Assembly: GCA_016868015.1 (NCBI GenBank) | Contig: VGIF01000002.1 | Span: forward strand, 1-58,636 | Reading direction: 5' to 3' | From: Betaproteobacteria bacterium | GTDB taxonomy: Bacteria; Pseudomonadota; Gammaproteobacteria; Burkholderiales; SG8-41 | DNA: 58,636 bases | In this document: one piece after another, positions 1 through 8,728 of the stretch | How positions within the stretch are numbered: the first letter of the stretch is position 1 | Layout of the letters: the number at the start of each line of letters is the position of its first letter | Notes under the pieces: model-generated | What the model saw: the letters and a program-made list of their open reading frames with translations, nothing else | What the model was told of the DNA's origin: nothing | Databases searched by the model: none | Made by a program: the position numbers and the translations under genes

Positions 1-118
1 CAACACCGCAGGAGGTCAGGCAGAGATTGAGTTTGCAATGAAATACAGCTAGACTGAAAACTCTCACTGACATTGGATCAACATTTGACGCGGGTCAACC
101 GAGCAATGGGGGCAGCCG

Positions 119-907
119 GTGATCGTGGATAACCGCGGCGGCGGCTCCGGCGTGCTCGGCGTGGAGCTCGCCGCGCGCGCCGCGCCCGACGGCCACACTT
201 TGCTGTTCGGCGACGTGGGCACGCTGAGCATCAACCCTTACCTCTTTAGCAGGCTTTCCTACGATCCGCAGCGCGACTTTCACGCCATCACCAAAGTCGC
301 GGACAATCCGCTGACCTGTGTCGCCCACCCCAGCTTGCGCGTATCGACCCTGCAAGAACTGATCACTACCGCCAAAAACAAGAGCACGGACATCCGCTAC
401 GGCTCGGCGGGCAACGGCAGCATGACCCATCTTGCGGTAGCGTTGCTCGCGCAGCGCGCCGGCATCAACGCAACCCATGTGCCGTTCAAAGGCGGCGGGC
501 TCGCGTTAACCGCGCTGCTCGCGAACGAAGTCAATCTGCTGTGCATGACCACCGCCAGCGTGCGCCCGCACGTGCAGGCCGGGCGCATGGTCGCGCTAGC
601 GATGTCCACCGCGCGCCGCTCGCCCGCCATGCCCGATCTGCCGACGGTGGCCGAGCAGGGGTTGCCCGGTTATGAATCGACGCAGTGGGTCGGGCTACTG
701 GTGCCGCGCGGCACGCCGGCGCCGATCACCGGCAAGCTACACGGCGAGTTCGTGCGCATCCTCAACGCGCCCGACGTACGCGAGCGCCTGGCCAGTGCCG
801 GTGCGCAACCGGTGGGTAACACGCCCGCCGAATTCAGCGCGCAGATTCGCCGCGACGCCGATCATTACGGCAAGCTCGCCGCGAGCCTCGGCTTGAAGCT
901 CGACTAA
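119..907 (+). CDS. Bug/TctC-family periplasmic solute-binding protein, 5'-truncated copy (possible pseudogene)
   Basis: The translation carries family hallmarks (QPVIVDNRGGGSG, HVPFKGGG, PDLPTVAEQGLPGYES, NTPAEF). Similarity begins at about nt 92, directly after an in-frame TGA (86-88), with further stops at 68-70 and 50-52. About 55 N-terminal residues, including the signal peptide, are therefore absent. Confidence 0.6.
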   Translation: MIVDNRGGGSGVLGVELAARAAPDGHTLLFGDVGTLSINPYLFSRLSYDPQRDFHAITKVADNPLTCVAHPSLRVSTLQELITTAKNKSTDIRYGSAGNGSMTHLAVALLAQRAGINATHVPFKGGGLALTALLANEVNLLCMTTASVRPHVQAGRMVALAMSTARRSPAMPDLPTVAEQGLPGYESTQWVGLLVPRGTPAPITGKLHGEFVRILNAPDVRERLASAGAQPVGNTPAEFSAQIRRDADHYGKLAASLGLKLD

Positions 908-923
908 AAGCGATCCGCGCGGC

Positions 924-1892
924 TTACCTCGGCACCAGCTTGATATCGCGCACCACCTTGCCGTATTTGTCAAACTCGCTTTGCATCAGCTTGGCGAAAT
1001 ACTCCGGCGACTCGGTCCACACGTCAAGGCCGAGTTGTTCGAGTTTGGCGCGCACATCGGGTCGCTTCATCGCAGCGTTGGCTTCGCGGTTTAACAGCGC
1101 AATGATGTCCTTGGGCACTTTCGCCGGCGCGACAAAGCCGAACCAGCCGCCGGATTCAAACCCCGGCACGGTCTCCGCGATCGTCGGCAGATCCGGATAA
1201 TTCGGCGCGCGTGTCGCCTTGGCAATGCCCAGCAGGCGCACACGACCCGATTGCACGAACGGGTAGACGCCAGTAAACGAACTAAACGCCGCATTGACCC
1301 GCCCCGCCATTACGTCCTGCGTCATCGGTGCGCCGCTCTTGAACGGTACATGGATGTATTCGAAGCCTACCGCGGCGCGAAACAACTCCGCAGCCATGTG
1401 TAAAAACGCGCCTTCGCCATTGCTGCCGAACGACACTTTACCGGGATTGGCTTTCAAAAACTTGATGAACTCCGCAGTGGTTTTGTACGGCGTGCCCGGA
1501 TAGACAAACAATGCAAGGTAATTGGTGGCGATTAGCGAGATCGGCGCGAAATCCTTCAGCGCATCGTAGGGGATGTTTTTCATGGTATGCGGCAGCACCG
1601 ACATATTGCCGCCCTGCCCGCAAGCGATGGTGTGGCCATCGGGTGCCGCGTTGGCGGTCAAGTGCAGGCCGATGCTTCCACTCGCGCCCGGCCGGTTATC
1701 GGCGACGAATTGCTGGCCCAGACGCTCGCCCATGTGGTGCCCGATCAGCCGCGCGAACGTATCGCAGGCATCGCCCGGCGCCTGCGGCACGATGACTCGC
1801 ACCGGGCGCAGCGGATATTTTTGCGCCAGCGCACTGCCGGCCACACATGCGCCGGCGATCAGCGCCAACGCAACACGGTTAATCAACTTCAT
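924..1892 (-). CDS. Bug/TctC-family (tripartite tricarboxylate transporter) periplasmic solute-binding protein
   Basis: 322-aa ORF with signal peptide MKLINRVALALIAGACVAGSALA and motifs [19 protein letters not shown] and PDLPTIAE. An SD sequence (GGAGGAG) lies upstream of the ATG. Confidence 0.9.
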   Translation of the reverse strand: MKLINRVALALIAGACVAGSALAQKYPLRPVRVIVPQAPGDACDTFARLIGHHMGERLGQQFVADNRPGASGSIGLHLTANAAPDGHTIACGQGGNMSVLPHTMKNIPYDALKDFAPISLIATNYLALFVYPGTPYKTTAEFIKFLKANPGKVSFGSNGEGAFLHMAAELFRAAVGFEYIHVPFKSGAPMTQDVMAGRVNAAFSSFTGVYPFVQSGRVRLLGIAKATRAPNYPDLPTIAETVPGFESGGWFGFVAPAKVPKDIIALLNREANAAMKRPDVRAKLEQLGLDVWTESPEYFAKLMQSEFDKYGKVVRDIKLVPR

Positions 1893-1903
1893 AAGACTCC
1901 TCC

Positions 1904-1927
1904 AGTTTTATAAAATCAAACACAAGG
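1904..1927 (-). repeat. AT-rich element, weak/partial copy L
   Basis: The reverse strand reads CCTTGTGTTTGATTTTATAAAACT, matching the GT.TTTGATTTTAT core. It lies 12 nt upstream of the Bug gene ATG at 1892. Confidence 0.4.
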
Positions 1928-2160
1928 CTTTGCTGCCTTGGGCCTGCCCACTCATTCAATACCCGCCTGCCCGAAATTTGCCGCCACGCCGCTTTTCAAC
2001 GGCGCCATGTTCACGCGCCGCGGATCGCTGCCGCATGACGCCGCCCGCGGCGCGCGCAGTATATCGCTACCCCGCGCGCGCCGCGGGTGGCGTGTCGCTC
2101 AGGTTGCACGACGGCGCGCCGGTGCAAGCATCAGCGCCATCGGCCCTTTTATGAATAAAT

Positions 2161-2192
2161 CGTAAGTTATTGATTTTATTAATTATTTTATT
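2161..2192 (+). repeat. AT-rich element copy F
   Basis: Reads CGTAAGTTATTGATTTTATTAATTATTTTATT. It overlaps the stop codon of the Bug gene 2188-3153. Confidence 0.75.
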
Positions 2193-3153
2193 CGGCACGC
2201 ACGCCAGTGACTTTGACCACCCGCGCCCACTTGGTCAACTCGCTGCGTAAATGCGCGGCGAGTTGTTCGGGCGTGGTGCCGATCGCTTCGATGCCTTGCG
2301 CGTGCAACCGCTCCTGCATATCGGGCGCGCGCAACGCGCGCAAAAACTCGGCGTTTAATTTCGCGATGATTTCTTTGCGCACGCCGGCGGGCGTGAGGAT
2401 CGCGTACCAAGTCGAGGCTTCGAAACCCGGCAACGCGGCTTCGCTCATCGTCGGCACTTCGGGTAGCGTGGGCGAACGTTTGGCACCGGCGGCGGCCAAC
2501 GCGCGCATGCGCCCCGCCTTGATGTGCGGCAGCGCGCCGGGCATGGTGGGGAACCACAACGACACTTGCCCGCTCATCAAATCCGCGGCAGTTTGTGCAA
2601 TCGCCTTGTACGGCACGTGCAGCAAGTCGATACCCGCTTGCGCGCGGAACATTTCCATCACCAGGTGGCCGGAGCCGCCGCTGCCGGTGGAGGCATAAAC
2701 GATTTTGCCGGGGTTGGCTTTGGCTTGAGCGATCAACTCTTTCACCGATTTCGCCGCGAAACCGGGATGCGCAACGAGCACGTTCTGCACCGCGGCCAGC
2801 AGTGTTACCGGCGCGAAATCGCGCAGCGGGTCGTAGGCGATTTTTGGGTAGAGCGATGCATTCACCACCAGCGCCGGCGGCGACATATAAATCGTGTAGC
2901 CATCGGCGGCGGCGCGCGCGACGATTTCCGCCGCGAGATTGCCGCTGGCACCCGGGCGATTGTCCACCACTACTTGCTGAACGAGGTTCTCCGTCAATCG
3001 TTGCGCAAACAGGCGCGCCAGCAAATCGATGCTGCCACCGGCGCCGAAGCCGACGATCAAGCGGATGAGTTTATCGGGGTACGCTGCGTGCGCCGTCGAA
3101 ACGACAAGGCAACATGCAATCAAAATTTTCAAACAACGCTTAACGGCGCACAC
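2188..3153 (-). CDS. Bug/TctC-family periplasmic solute-binding protein
   Basis: 321-aa ORF with an N-terminal signal sequence and motifs [19 protein letters not shown] and PEVPTMSEA. The exact start is uncertain (GTG at 3153 or TTG at about 3132). Confidence 0.88.
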   Translation of the reverse strand: MCAVKRCLKILIACCLVVSTAHAAYPDKLIRLIVGFGAGGSIDLLARLFAQRLTENLVQQVVVDNRPGASGNLAAEIVARAAADGYTIYMSPPALVVNASLYPKIAYDPLRDFAPVTLLAAVQNVLVAHPGFAAKSVKELIAQAKANPGKIVYASTGSGGSGHLVMEMFRAQAGIDLLHVPYKAIAQTAADLMSGQVSLWFPTMPGALPHIKAGRMRALAAAGAKRSPTLPEVPTMSEAALPGFEASTWYAILTPAGVRKEIIAKLNAEFLRALRAPDMQERLHAQGIEAIGTTPEQLAAHLRSELTKWARVVKVTGVRAE

Positions 3154-4063
3154 CCGGCGTCTCCACTTTTAACCCCTGCGCGCGCCAGGCGAGAAACAGC
3201 TCCAGGTCGAGCAAATCCTGGGAACCCGCCGGCGGCATTTCCGCGCGCACGCCAAAGAAACACGCACGCAGCCGCCGGTGCAACGAACCCAGCGTTTGCC
3301 ACTCCAGACGATACGCCGGGTACGGATTGCCGTGGCCTTGGCTGATGGTGTCGTTTAACAGCTTCCTGCCGAAATTGCGGTCGTGGCAATGCGTGCAGGC
3401 GAGATTGATTTGCCCCTGGCGCGTGTAAAACAAATCGCGGCCACGCTCGAAGTTGCGTCGATTCTGGGGATCGATGGTCACCGCCATCGGCATGCCGCGC
3501 GAGTGCAGGCCCACGTACACCGTGAGCGAAAGTAACTCATCCGATTCGTAACGCAGCGGCTCGGCTTGCTGATGCCGTGTGCGGCAGATGTTGATGCACC
3601 CTTCGACATTAACGAGCCGCGCGCTGCCGGGGTCGACTTTCGGATACTTCGCGGTGACGCCCTTCATGCTCACGCGCGCATCCTGATGACAGCTCGCGCA
3701 GGATTTTCCGCTTTTGCCTGCCGGTGTCGCCCACAGCTTTTCGCCGCGGGTGGCCCACAGCATCGCCGGACTCGCGAAATCATCTTGTTGCAGCCCGCGC
3801 ACTTCGGCGCCGACGAAATCGATGCCAGACTTGAGCGGGTCGGGGCGAAAGGGTTGGGCGGCGTCGGCGGTGGTTACCGCTAAACAAAAAAGCGTGAACG
3901 AGTAAACGAGTAACCGGATGAACGTCCCCCCGCCCCAACCCTCTGCTCGGCTCCAAGTGTGCCCTTGCCCCGCGCGCGTTGCGCGCAATGCAGGGAGCCC
4001 ATTCGCGTAGATACCTATGCCCAGGGAAGAGGGGAACGCCCGGGGTGCTGCCTCACGCCTCAC
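3140..4063 (-). CDS. soxA: SoxA-type diheme cytochrome c (thiosulfate-oxidation complex subunit); maximal ORF given, true start uncertain
   Basis: Two CxxCH motifs (CASCH, CTHCH) plus a C-terminal RLRACFFG cysteine, with overall SoxA-like sequence. The signal-peptide-like stretch FIRLLVYSFTLFCLAVTTADA lies about 48 codons into the ORF with no in-frame ATG/GTG just before it. The maximal ORF starts on a GTG inside a heptamer array. Confidence 0.8.
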   Translation of the reverse strand: MRREAAPRAFPSSLGIGIYANGLPALRATRAGQGHTWSRAEGWGGGTFIRLLVYSFTLFCLAVTTADAAQPFRPDPLKSGIDFVGAEVRGLQQDDFASPAMLWATRGEKLWATPAGKSGKSCASCHQDARVSMKGVTAKYPKVDPGSARLVNVEGCINICRTRHQQAEPLRYESDELLSLTVYVGLHSRGMPMAVTIDPQNRRNFERGRDLFYTRQGQINLACTHCHDRNFGRKLLNDTISQGHGNPYPAYRLEWQTLGSLHRRLRACFFGVRAEMPPAGSQDLLDLELFLAWRAQGLKVETPGVRR

Positions 4064-4078
4064 GCCTCACCCCTCACG
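4051..4078. repeat. Heptamer tandem array CCTCACG x4 (reverse strand CGTGAGG)
   Basis: Reads cctcacg cctcacg cctcacc cctcacg, between the soxZ stop and the soxA 5' region. Confidence 0.85.
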
Positions 4079-4394
4079 TCACTACAATCGCCGCGCTCGC
4101 CGACCCCTTCGCCCCCGCATCATCCACCCAGTCGAGTTCGACCTTGCCGCTATCCTGCGCGACAAAATAAAACTGCAGGTAAGGGTTGGCCGCGATGCCC
4201 GAACCCATTTCCGCGCGGAACACCTCGGCGCCGTTGTAGCGGCACACCAGATTGCTGATGGTGTTTTTGGGAATCACGCGGCCGTTGTTGTCCATGCGAA
4301 AGCCGGTTTCCATCGGGTGCTGTATCGCGATGCGCACTTCGACGAATTCGCCGCGTTTGGCTTGCGCGGGCACCAGTAGGCGGGCGACGGTCAT
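4074..4394 (-). CDS. soxZ: SoxZ thiosulfate-oxidation carrier complex subunit
   Basis: 106-aa ORF with SoxZ-like sequence (AKRGEFVEVRIAIQHPMETGFRMD...NPYLQFYF). It lies directly downstream of the soxY-like gene. Confidence 0.85.
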   Translation of the reverse strand: MTVARLLVPAQAKRGEFVEVRIAIQHPMETGFRMDNNGRVIPKNTISNLVCRYNGAEVFRAEMGSGIAANPYLQFYFVAQDSGKVELDWVDDAGAKGSASAAIVVT

Positions 4395-4404
4395 CGGCCG
4401 TGCC

Positions 4405-4893
4405 TCACGTCGCGTCCAAACACGCGGTCTCGGTGACGATCACGTCCGCCGCCGCCGCCCACAACGAGCCGTCCGACATTTGCGCCACCGCCACCACGTA
4501 TTGCGCGCCCGATAAGCGAATGCGCGTGGTCAGCGCCGCGCGGCCGGTGCCCGGCCCCATGCCGATTTTGGCGATGATCGGGCGCGGGTTTTTTTCGGAG
4601 AACAAATACAGCGTGCGCACGTGATTATCCGGCGTCATAGGGCTTTCAACGCTGACCGTCAACGGCACCAGGTGGCCGTTCTCCGCGAGGTGCGGAATCT
4701 CCAACTTAACCTTGCCTTCATTCACCGGCTTGCCGGCGGCGATGTCCTTTAACACCGGCACCAGTTGCATCAGCGGCAGGCGCTGCGTGGAAGGCATTTG
4801 CGCCAGCGCTGGCGCCGCAGCGGGTAACAGCACACCACCCGCGAGGCTTTTTAACACGCGGCGGCGGGCGATATTTTTACAGCCGGGTTTCAT
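4405..4893 (-). CDS. soxY: SoxY-related sulfur-carrier protein with non-canonical C-terminal arm (TETACLDAT instead of GGCGG)
   Basis: The internal ATG at 4893 gives a Tat-type signal (RRRVLKSLAGG) and overlaps the soxX stop (ATGA). The body is SoxY-like, and a single Cys sits 5 residues from the C-terminus. Confidence 0.75.
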   Translation of the reverse strand: MKPGCKNIARRRVLKSLAGGVLLPAAAPALAQMPSTQRLPLMQLVPVLKDIAAGKPVNEGKVKLEIPHLAENGHLVPLTVSVESPMTPDNHVRTLYLFSEKNPRPIIAKIGMGPGTGRAALTTRIRLSGAQYVVAVAQMSDGSLWAAAADVIVTETACLDAT

Positions 4894-5327
4894 TGCAATG
4901 TGAGCAAATAGGCTATCACATCTTCGATCTGCTCCGCGCTCAGTATCGGCTTGCCGCGCAGGTTTTCCGCCACGCGATTTAAACCGCCGACGCGGTAATA
5001 GGCGGGCATGATGGTGTCTTTGTCGAAATAAAACGGATCGACGATGCGCGCGCGCAGTTGCGCCGCGTTTAATCGCCGCCCCACGCCGGACAACGGCGGC
5101 GCGAGGTTGCCGAAAAAGCGCTCGCCGGTTTCCGGCGCGGCGTGGCACAAAATGCAATTGCTGTCGCGGCTTATCAGGATTTTGCGGCCGCGTTCGGCGT
5201 CAGGCGCGGCGGAGGTGAGCGGCGCGGCGATCTCACCGTCACGCAACGTGTAACGCAACTCGCCGCCGCCGGCGGCGCACCCCGCCAACACGGCAGCGGC
5301 GGCGGCGATGCACACGCGCTGCATCAT
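4890..5327 (-). CDS. soxX: SoxX-type monoheme cytochrome c (lipoprotein signal)
   Basis: 145-aa ORF with an LAGC lipobox, one CxxCH (CILCH), and the SoxX-like motif TIMPAYYR. Confidence 0.75.
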   Translation of the reverse strand: MMQRVCIAAAAAVLAGCAAGGGELRYTLRDGEIAAPLTSAAPDAERGRKILISRDSNCILCHAAPETGERFFGNLAPPLSGVGRRLNAAQLRARIVDPFYFDKDTIMPAYYRVGGLNRVAENLRGKPILSAEQIEDVIAYLLTLQ

Positions 5328-5330
5328 AAT

Positions 5331-5885
5331 CTAAGCGCGCCCTGGAATCCGCCACAAATAAATCGTCGAGCCGCCCACGTTTTGCGTTTTTTCCGGCGTC
5401 CAATCGCCCATGTCAAAGGCGTGCGACACGATGCGCGTGCCGGGCTTTAACTCCTTTTGCAGCTTGGGGCGCAGCTTGATGTTCAAGCGCGTCAACAAAT
5501 ACAGCGTCACCACGGTGGCTTCGCTGATATCGGCCTCGAACAAATCGCCTTCGATGAAGCGCACTTTGTTATCAGCGCCGGTACGCTTGGCCAGCTCGCG
5601 CGCTTCCTGGATGCGCTGCGGATCGATATCGATGCCCACGCCGCGCGCGCCGAATTGCTGCGCGGCGGTGACCACAAAGCGCCCGTCGCCGCAGCCCAGG
5701 TCGTAGACGATGTCCTTGCTGGTCACTTCGGCAAGCTTTAGCATCGCGTTCACGGTTTCGAACGCGGTCGGCACAAAAATTACGTCCGGCGTGCGCTGGG
5801 CAAAAGCATTGAGCGCGCTAAATGACAGCGGCGGCAGCGCGAGCCCGGCGCCCGCCACGGTTTGCAAAAATTTTCGGCGTTGCAT
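5331..5885 (-). CDS. class I SAM-dependent methyltransferase fold protein with Tat-type signal peptide
   Basis: The start at 5885 has the SD GGAGAG. The N-terminus is MQRRKFLQTVAGAGLALPP...AFA, and the SAM motif I DLGCGDGR is present. Only 3 nt separate it from soxX. Confidence 0.75.
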   Translation of the reverse strand: MQRRKFLQTVAGAGLALPPLSFSALNAFAQRTPDVIFVPTAFETVNAMLKLAEVTSKDIVYDLGCGDGRFVVTAAQQFGARGVGIDIDPQRIQEARELAKRTGADNKVRFIEGDLFEADISEATVVTLYLLTRLNIKLRPKLQKELKPGTRIVSHAFDMGDWTPEKTQNVGGSTIYLWRIPGRA

Positions 5886-5931
5886 GATTCTCTCCAGAGT
5901 CAGTTTCCGCGATATTATGCCAAACGGCGCC

Positions 5932-5966
5932 AAAATAAAAAAGTTAATTAAATCAGATACTTACGT
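5932..5966 (-). repeat. AT-rich element copy E
   Basis: The reverse strand reads ACGTAAGTATCTGATTTAATTAACTTTTTTATTTT, in the divergent intergenic region between 5885 and 6186. Confidence 0.75.
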
Positions 5967-6185
5967 TAAATCAACATCATCGGGACGAGGTGGGGCGAAG
6001 CCACTGCGGCGGCGCATCAGGTGAACATCGCGCAAGACGAATGTGAACATGCATGAAACACACAAAACACAGAGGGCGCCAGGGAAAACCCGAAATCGCG
6101 GCTATTGGTTTTGACGCTGCCGCGAGTAACGCGGCGCTACCGGTTTGACGGCTGTGTGACCTTCGAGGCTAAAAGGAAGTTCAAC

Positions 6186-7064
6186 GTGATTCAACTCTGG
6201 TCCATACTCGGTAATTCGCAAAAGCTCGACGGCGGCGCGATGTTCGGCAACGCGCCGCGCGCGCTGTGGTCGCGCTGGGTCGCGCCGGACGAAGATAACC
6301 GCGTGCCGCTGGCGTGCCGTGCGTTGCTTGCCACCGGCATCAACGGCAAACGCGTGTTGTTCGAAACCGGCATCGGCGCGTTTTTCGAGCCCAAGTTGAA
6401 GGAACGCTACGGCGTGGTGGAAGACGAACACGTGCTGCTCGCATCATTGGCGGAAGCGGGCTTCACGCACGAAGACATCGATGCAGTGGTGCTGTCGCAC
6501 CTGCACTTCGATCACGCGGGCGGTTTGCTTGCGCCATGGCAGGCGGGCGTGGCGCCAACATTGTTGTTCCCCAACACAAAGTTTATCGTCGGCCGTGAAT
6601 GCTGGGAACGCGCGTTAAAGCCGCACCCGCGCGACCGCGCATCGTTCATCCCCGAATTGCCGCGGCTGCTGCAAGCCAGCGGCCGGCTGGAAATTATCGA
6701 CGGCGATACCTCGCCCACGCTCGGTACGCTGGTGCGCTTTGAATATAGCCACGGCCACACACCGGGTTTGCTGCTCGCCACCATCGGCGCGCAAAACAAT
6801 CGGGGTGGCATCGTGTTCTGCGCCGATCTTATCCCCGGCCGCCCATGGGTCAACGTGCCCATCACCATGGGCTACGACCGCTACCCCGAATTGCTGATCG
6901 ACGAAAAAACACGTTTTCTCGAAGACAAACTCGCGCGCGGCGTGCGGCTTTTTTTCACGCATGACGCCGAATGCGCGATGGCGTCGGTGACGCGCGCGGG
7001 CAATCAGCGATTTGGCGTGGCCGACGAGGTGGCGCAAATCGCGGGCCTCGCGCTCGCCGCCTGA
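6186..7064 (+). CDS. MBL-fold metallo-hydrolase
   Basis: Carries the HLHFDHAGG motif. The GTG at 6186 is preceded by AAGGAAG; the ORF-track start at 6105 lacks an SD. Confidence 0.8.
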   Translation: MIQLWSILGNSQKLDGGAMFGNAPRALWSRWVAPDEDNRVPLACRALLATGINGKRVLFETGIGAFFEPKLKERYGVVEDEHVLLASLAEAGFTHEDIDAVVLSHLHFDHAGGLLAPWQAGVAPTLLFPNTKFIVGRECWERALKPHPRDRASFIPELPRLLQASGRLEIIDGDTSPTLGTLVRFEYSHGHTPGLLLATIGAQNNRGGIVFCADLIPGRPWVNVPITMGYDRYPELLIDEKTRFLEDKLARGVRLFFTHDAECAMASVTRAGNQRFGVADEVAQIAGLALAA

Positions 7065-7065
7065 G

Positions 7066-7782
7066 TCACGGCGTTTGCACGCCGCGCGAGCGCGCGTGAA
7101 TCACCGCCGTGCGGTGGTTCAGATAGACGGTATTGGCGCCCGGACCGTAACGCCGCGGGCTTGGCGTCATCGCCGCCAGGCGCGCCGCTTGATGGGGCGA
7201 CAACCCGGCCGCCGTGGTGCCATAGTGGTAACGCGCCGCGGCTTCGGCGCCGAATACGCCATCGCCCCACTCGATTACGTTCAGATAAATTTCCAGAATA
7301 CGCTGCTTGGACATCATCGCCTCCAGCATCACCGTGATCAGCGCCTCCTGCGCCTTGCGCCAATAGGTGCGCTTGCCGGGCAAAAAAAGATTTTTCGCCA
7401 ATTGCTGGGAAATGGTCGAGCCGCCGGCGACGACGGCGCCCTCGCGGCGGTTGCGCTCCCAGGCCTTTTGCATGCCATCCCAATCGAAGCCGCGATGTTC
7501 AAGAAATCGGGCATCCTCGGCCGCGATCATCGCGCGCTTTAAATGCGGCGAAATGCGCTCGTAGTCGACCCATTGATGCCGCAGTTGCACATGGGGCGCT
7601 TTGGGTAGCTTGAGATTTTTCTCGCGCATCACCTCGAGCCGCGCACGCATGAAAGCCGTGGACGAGGGATTAAACTTCACCCAATACGCCACGTGGCCGG
7701 CGAACCACAGTTGGAGCAGGATGAGTAGCGTGAGCGCTAACAGCATTAATCGGAAACACCAGCGAAAAACGGCGCGTAACAT
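7066..7782 (-). CDS. mtgA: monofunctional biosynthetic peptidoglycan transglycosylase
   Basis: GT51 motifs AAEDARFLEHRGFD and GGSTISQQLAKNLFL with a single N-terminal TM segment. The start was taken at the internal ATG (MLRAVFRW...). Confidence 0.9.
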   Translation of the reverse strand: MLRAVFRWCFRLMLLALTLLILLQLWFAGHVAYWVKFNPSSTAFMRARLEVMREKNLKLPKAPHVQLRHQWVDYERISPHLKRAMIAAEDARFLEHRGFDWDGMQKAWERNRREGAVVAGGSTISQQLAKNLFLPGKRTYWRKAQEALITVMLEAMMSKQRILEIYLNVIEWGDGVFGAEAAARYHYGTTAAGLSPHQAARLAAMTPSPRRYGPGANTVYLNHRTAVIHARSRGVQTP

Positions 7783-7805
7783 GCTGCTTGGGAGGGGGGT
7801 AGAGA

Positions 7806-7826
7806 GTGAAGGGTGAAGGGTGAAGG
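7806..7826. repeat. Heptamer tandem array GTGAAGG x3
   Basis: Reads gtgaagg gtgaagg gtgaagg, 24-44 nt upstream of the mtgA start (minus strand). Confidence 0.85.
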
Positions 7827-7880
7827 GTAATCGCCGGTAAACAGGGGAATGCAACGCAAGCGGGTGTTACGCCGCGCAAT

Positions 7881-8702
7881 TCACGCCTTGGCGCGCAACA
7901 TCGCAATCACCGGCGCCGTTCCCGGACGCACGCCGCGCCACACAAAAAACGATTCCGCCGCCTGCTCGACCAGCATGCCCAGCCCGTCGGCCACGGTGGC
8001 GCCGTGCGTTTGGGCAAATTGCAGGAAGGGCGTGTCCTTGCCGTACACCATGTCGTAGGCCAGCGCGCCCGGCGCGAACAGGGGCGGCGGCAGCGGCGGC
8101 ATGTCGTCATTTAATCCCGCCGAGGTGGCGTTGATCACCACGCTGAACTGGCGGCCGCGCAACTCGGCAAAGCCGCTGACCGCGAGGTTGCAAGCGCCCG
8201 CTTGCGCGGCAAAACGCGCGGCCAGCGCTTGGGCTTTGCCCAGTGTGCGATTGGCGATGATCAGTTGCGCGGGCGCCTCGGCAAGCAACGGCCCCAGCAC
8301 GCCGAACGATGCGCCGCCCGCGCCCAACAGCAGCACGCTGGCACCCCGCAATCCCACGCGCAAATTGCGCGTGATGTCGCGCGTCAGCCCCACGCCGTCG
8401 GTGTTGTCTCCCACGATTTCGCCGTTGTTAAAACTCAAGGTGTTGACCGCACCCGCGACCTCAGCGCGCGCGCTGCGTTGGGTGCAAAGCGCGTACGCCT
8501 CGTGTTTAAACGGCACGGTGACGTTTAGGCCGCGGCCGCCGCCATCGCGAAACGCGCGCACGGTCGCGGCAAATTTGCCCAGCTCACACGGCAAGCGCGT
8601 GTAAACCATGGCCTGCCCGGTCTCGCGCGCGAACGCGGCGTGGATTTGCGGCGACTTGCTGTGGGCAACCGGGTTGCCGATGACGGCGTAAGCGTCGGTC
8701 AT
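7881..8702 (-). CDS. aroE: shikimate dehydrogenase
   Basis: 273-aa ORF with YAVIGNPVAHSKSPQIH, NVTVPFK and an LLLGAGGAS Rossmann motif. Confidence 0.92.
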   Translation of the reverse strand: MTDAYAVIGNPVAHSKSPQIHAAFARETGQAMVYTRLPCELGKFAATVRAFRDGGGRGLNVTVPFKHEAYALCTQRSARAEVAGAVNTLSFNNGEIVGDNTDGVGLTRDITRNLRVGLRGASVLLLGAGGASFGVLGPLLAEAPAQLIIANRTLGKAQALAARFAAQAGACNLAVSGFAELRGRQFSVVINATSAGLNDDMPPLPPPLFAPGALAYDMVYGKDTPFLQFAQTHGATVADGLGMLVEQAAESFFVWRGVRPGTAPVIAMLRAKA

Positions 8703-8728
8703 GCGTGAATTGTAGTGCCGGAGAACCG

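Noticed and set aside
7062-7068. The convergent MBL hydrolase and mtgA genes have stop codons separated by a single nucleotide, with no terminator.
   Set aside because: This is real in the sequence but common in compact genomes. There is no additional structure to interpret.
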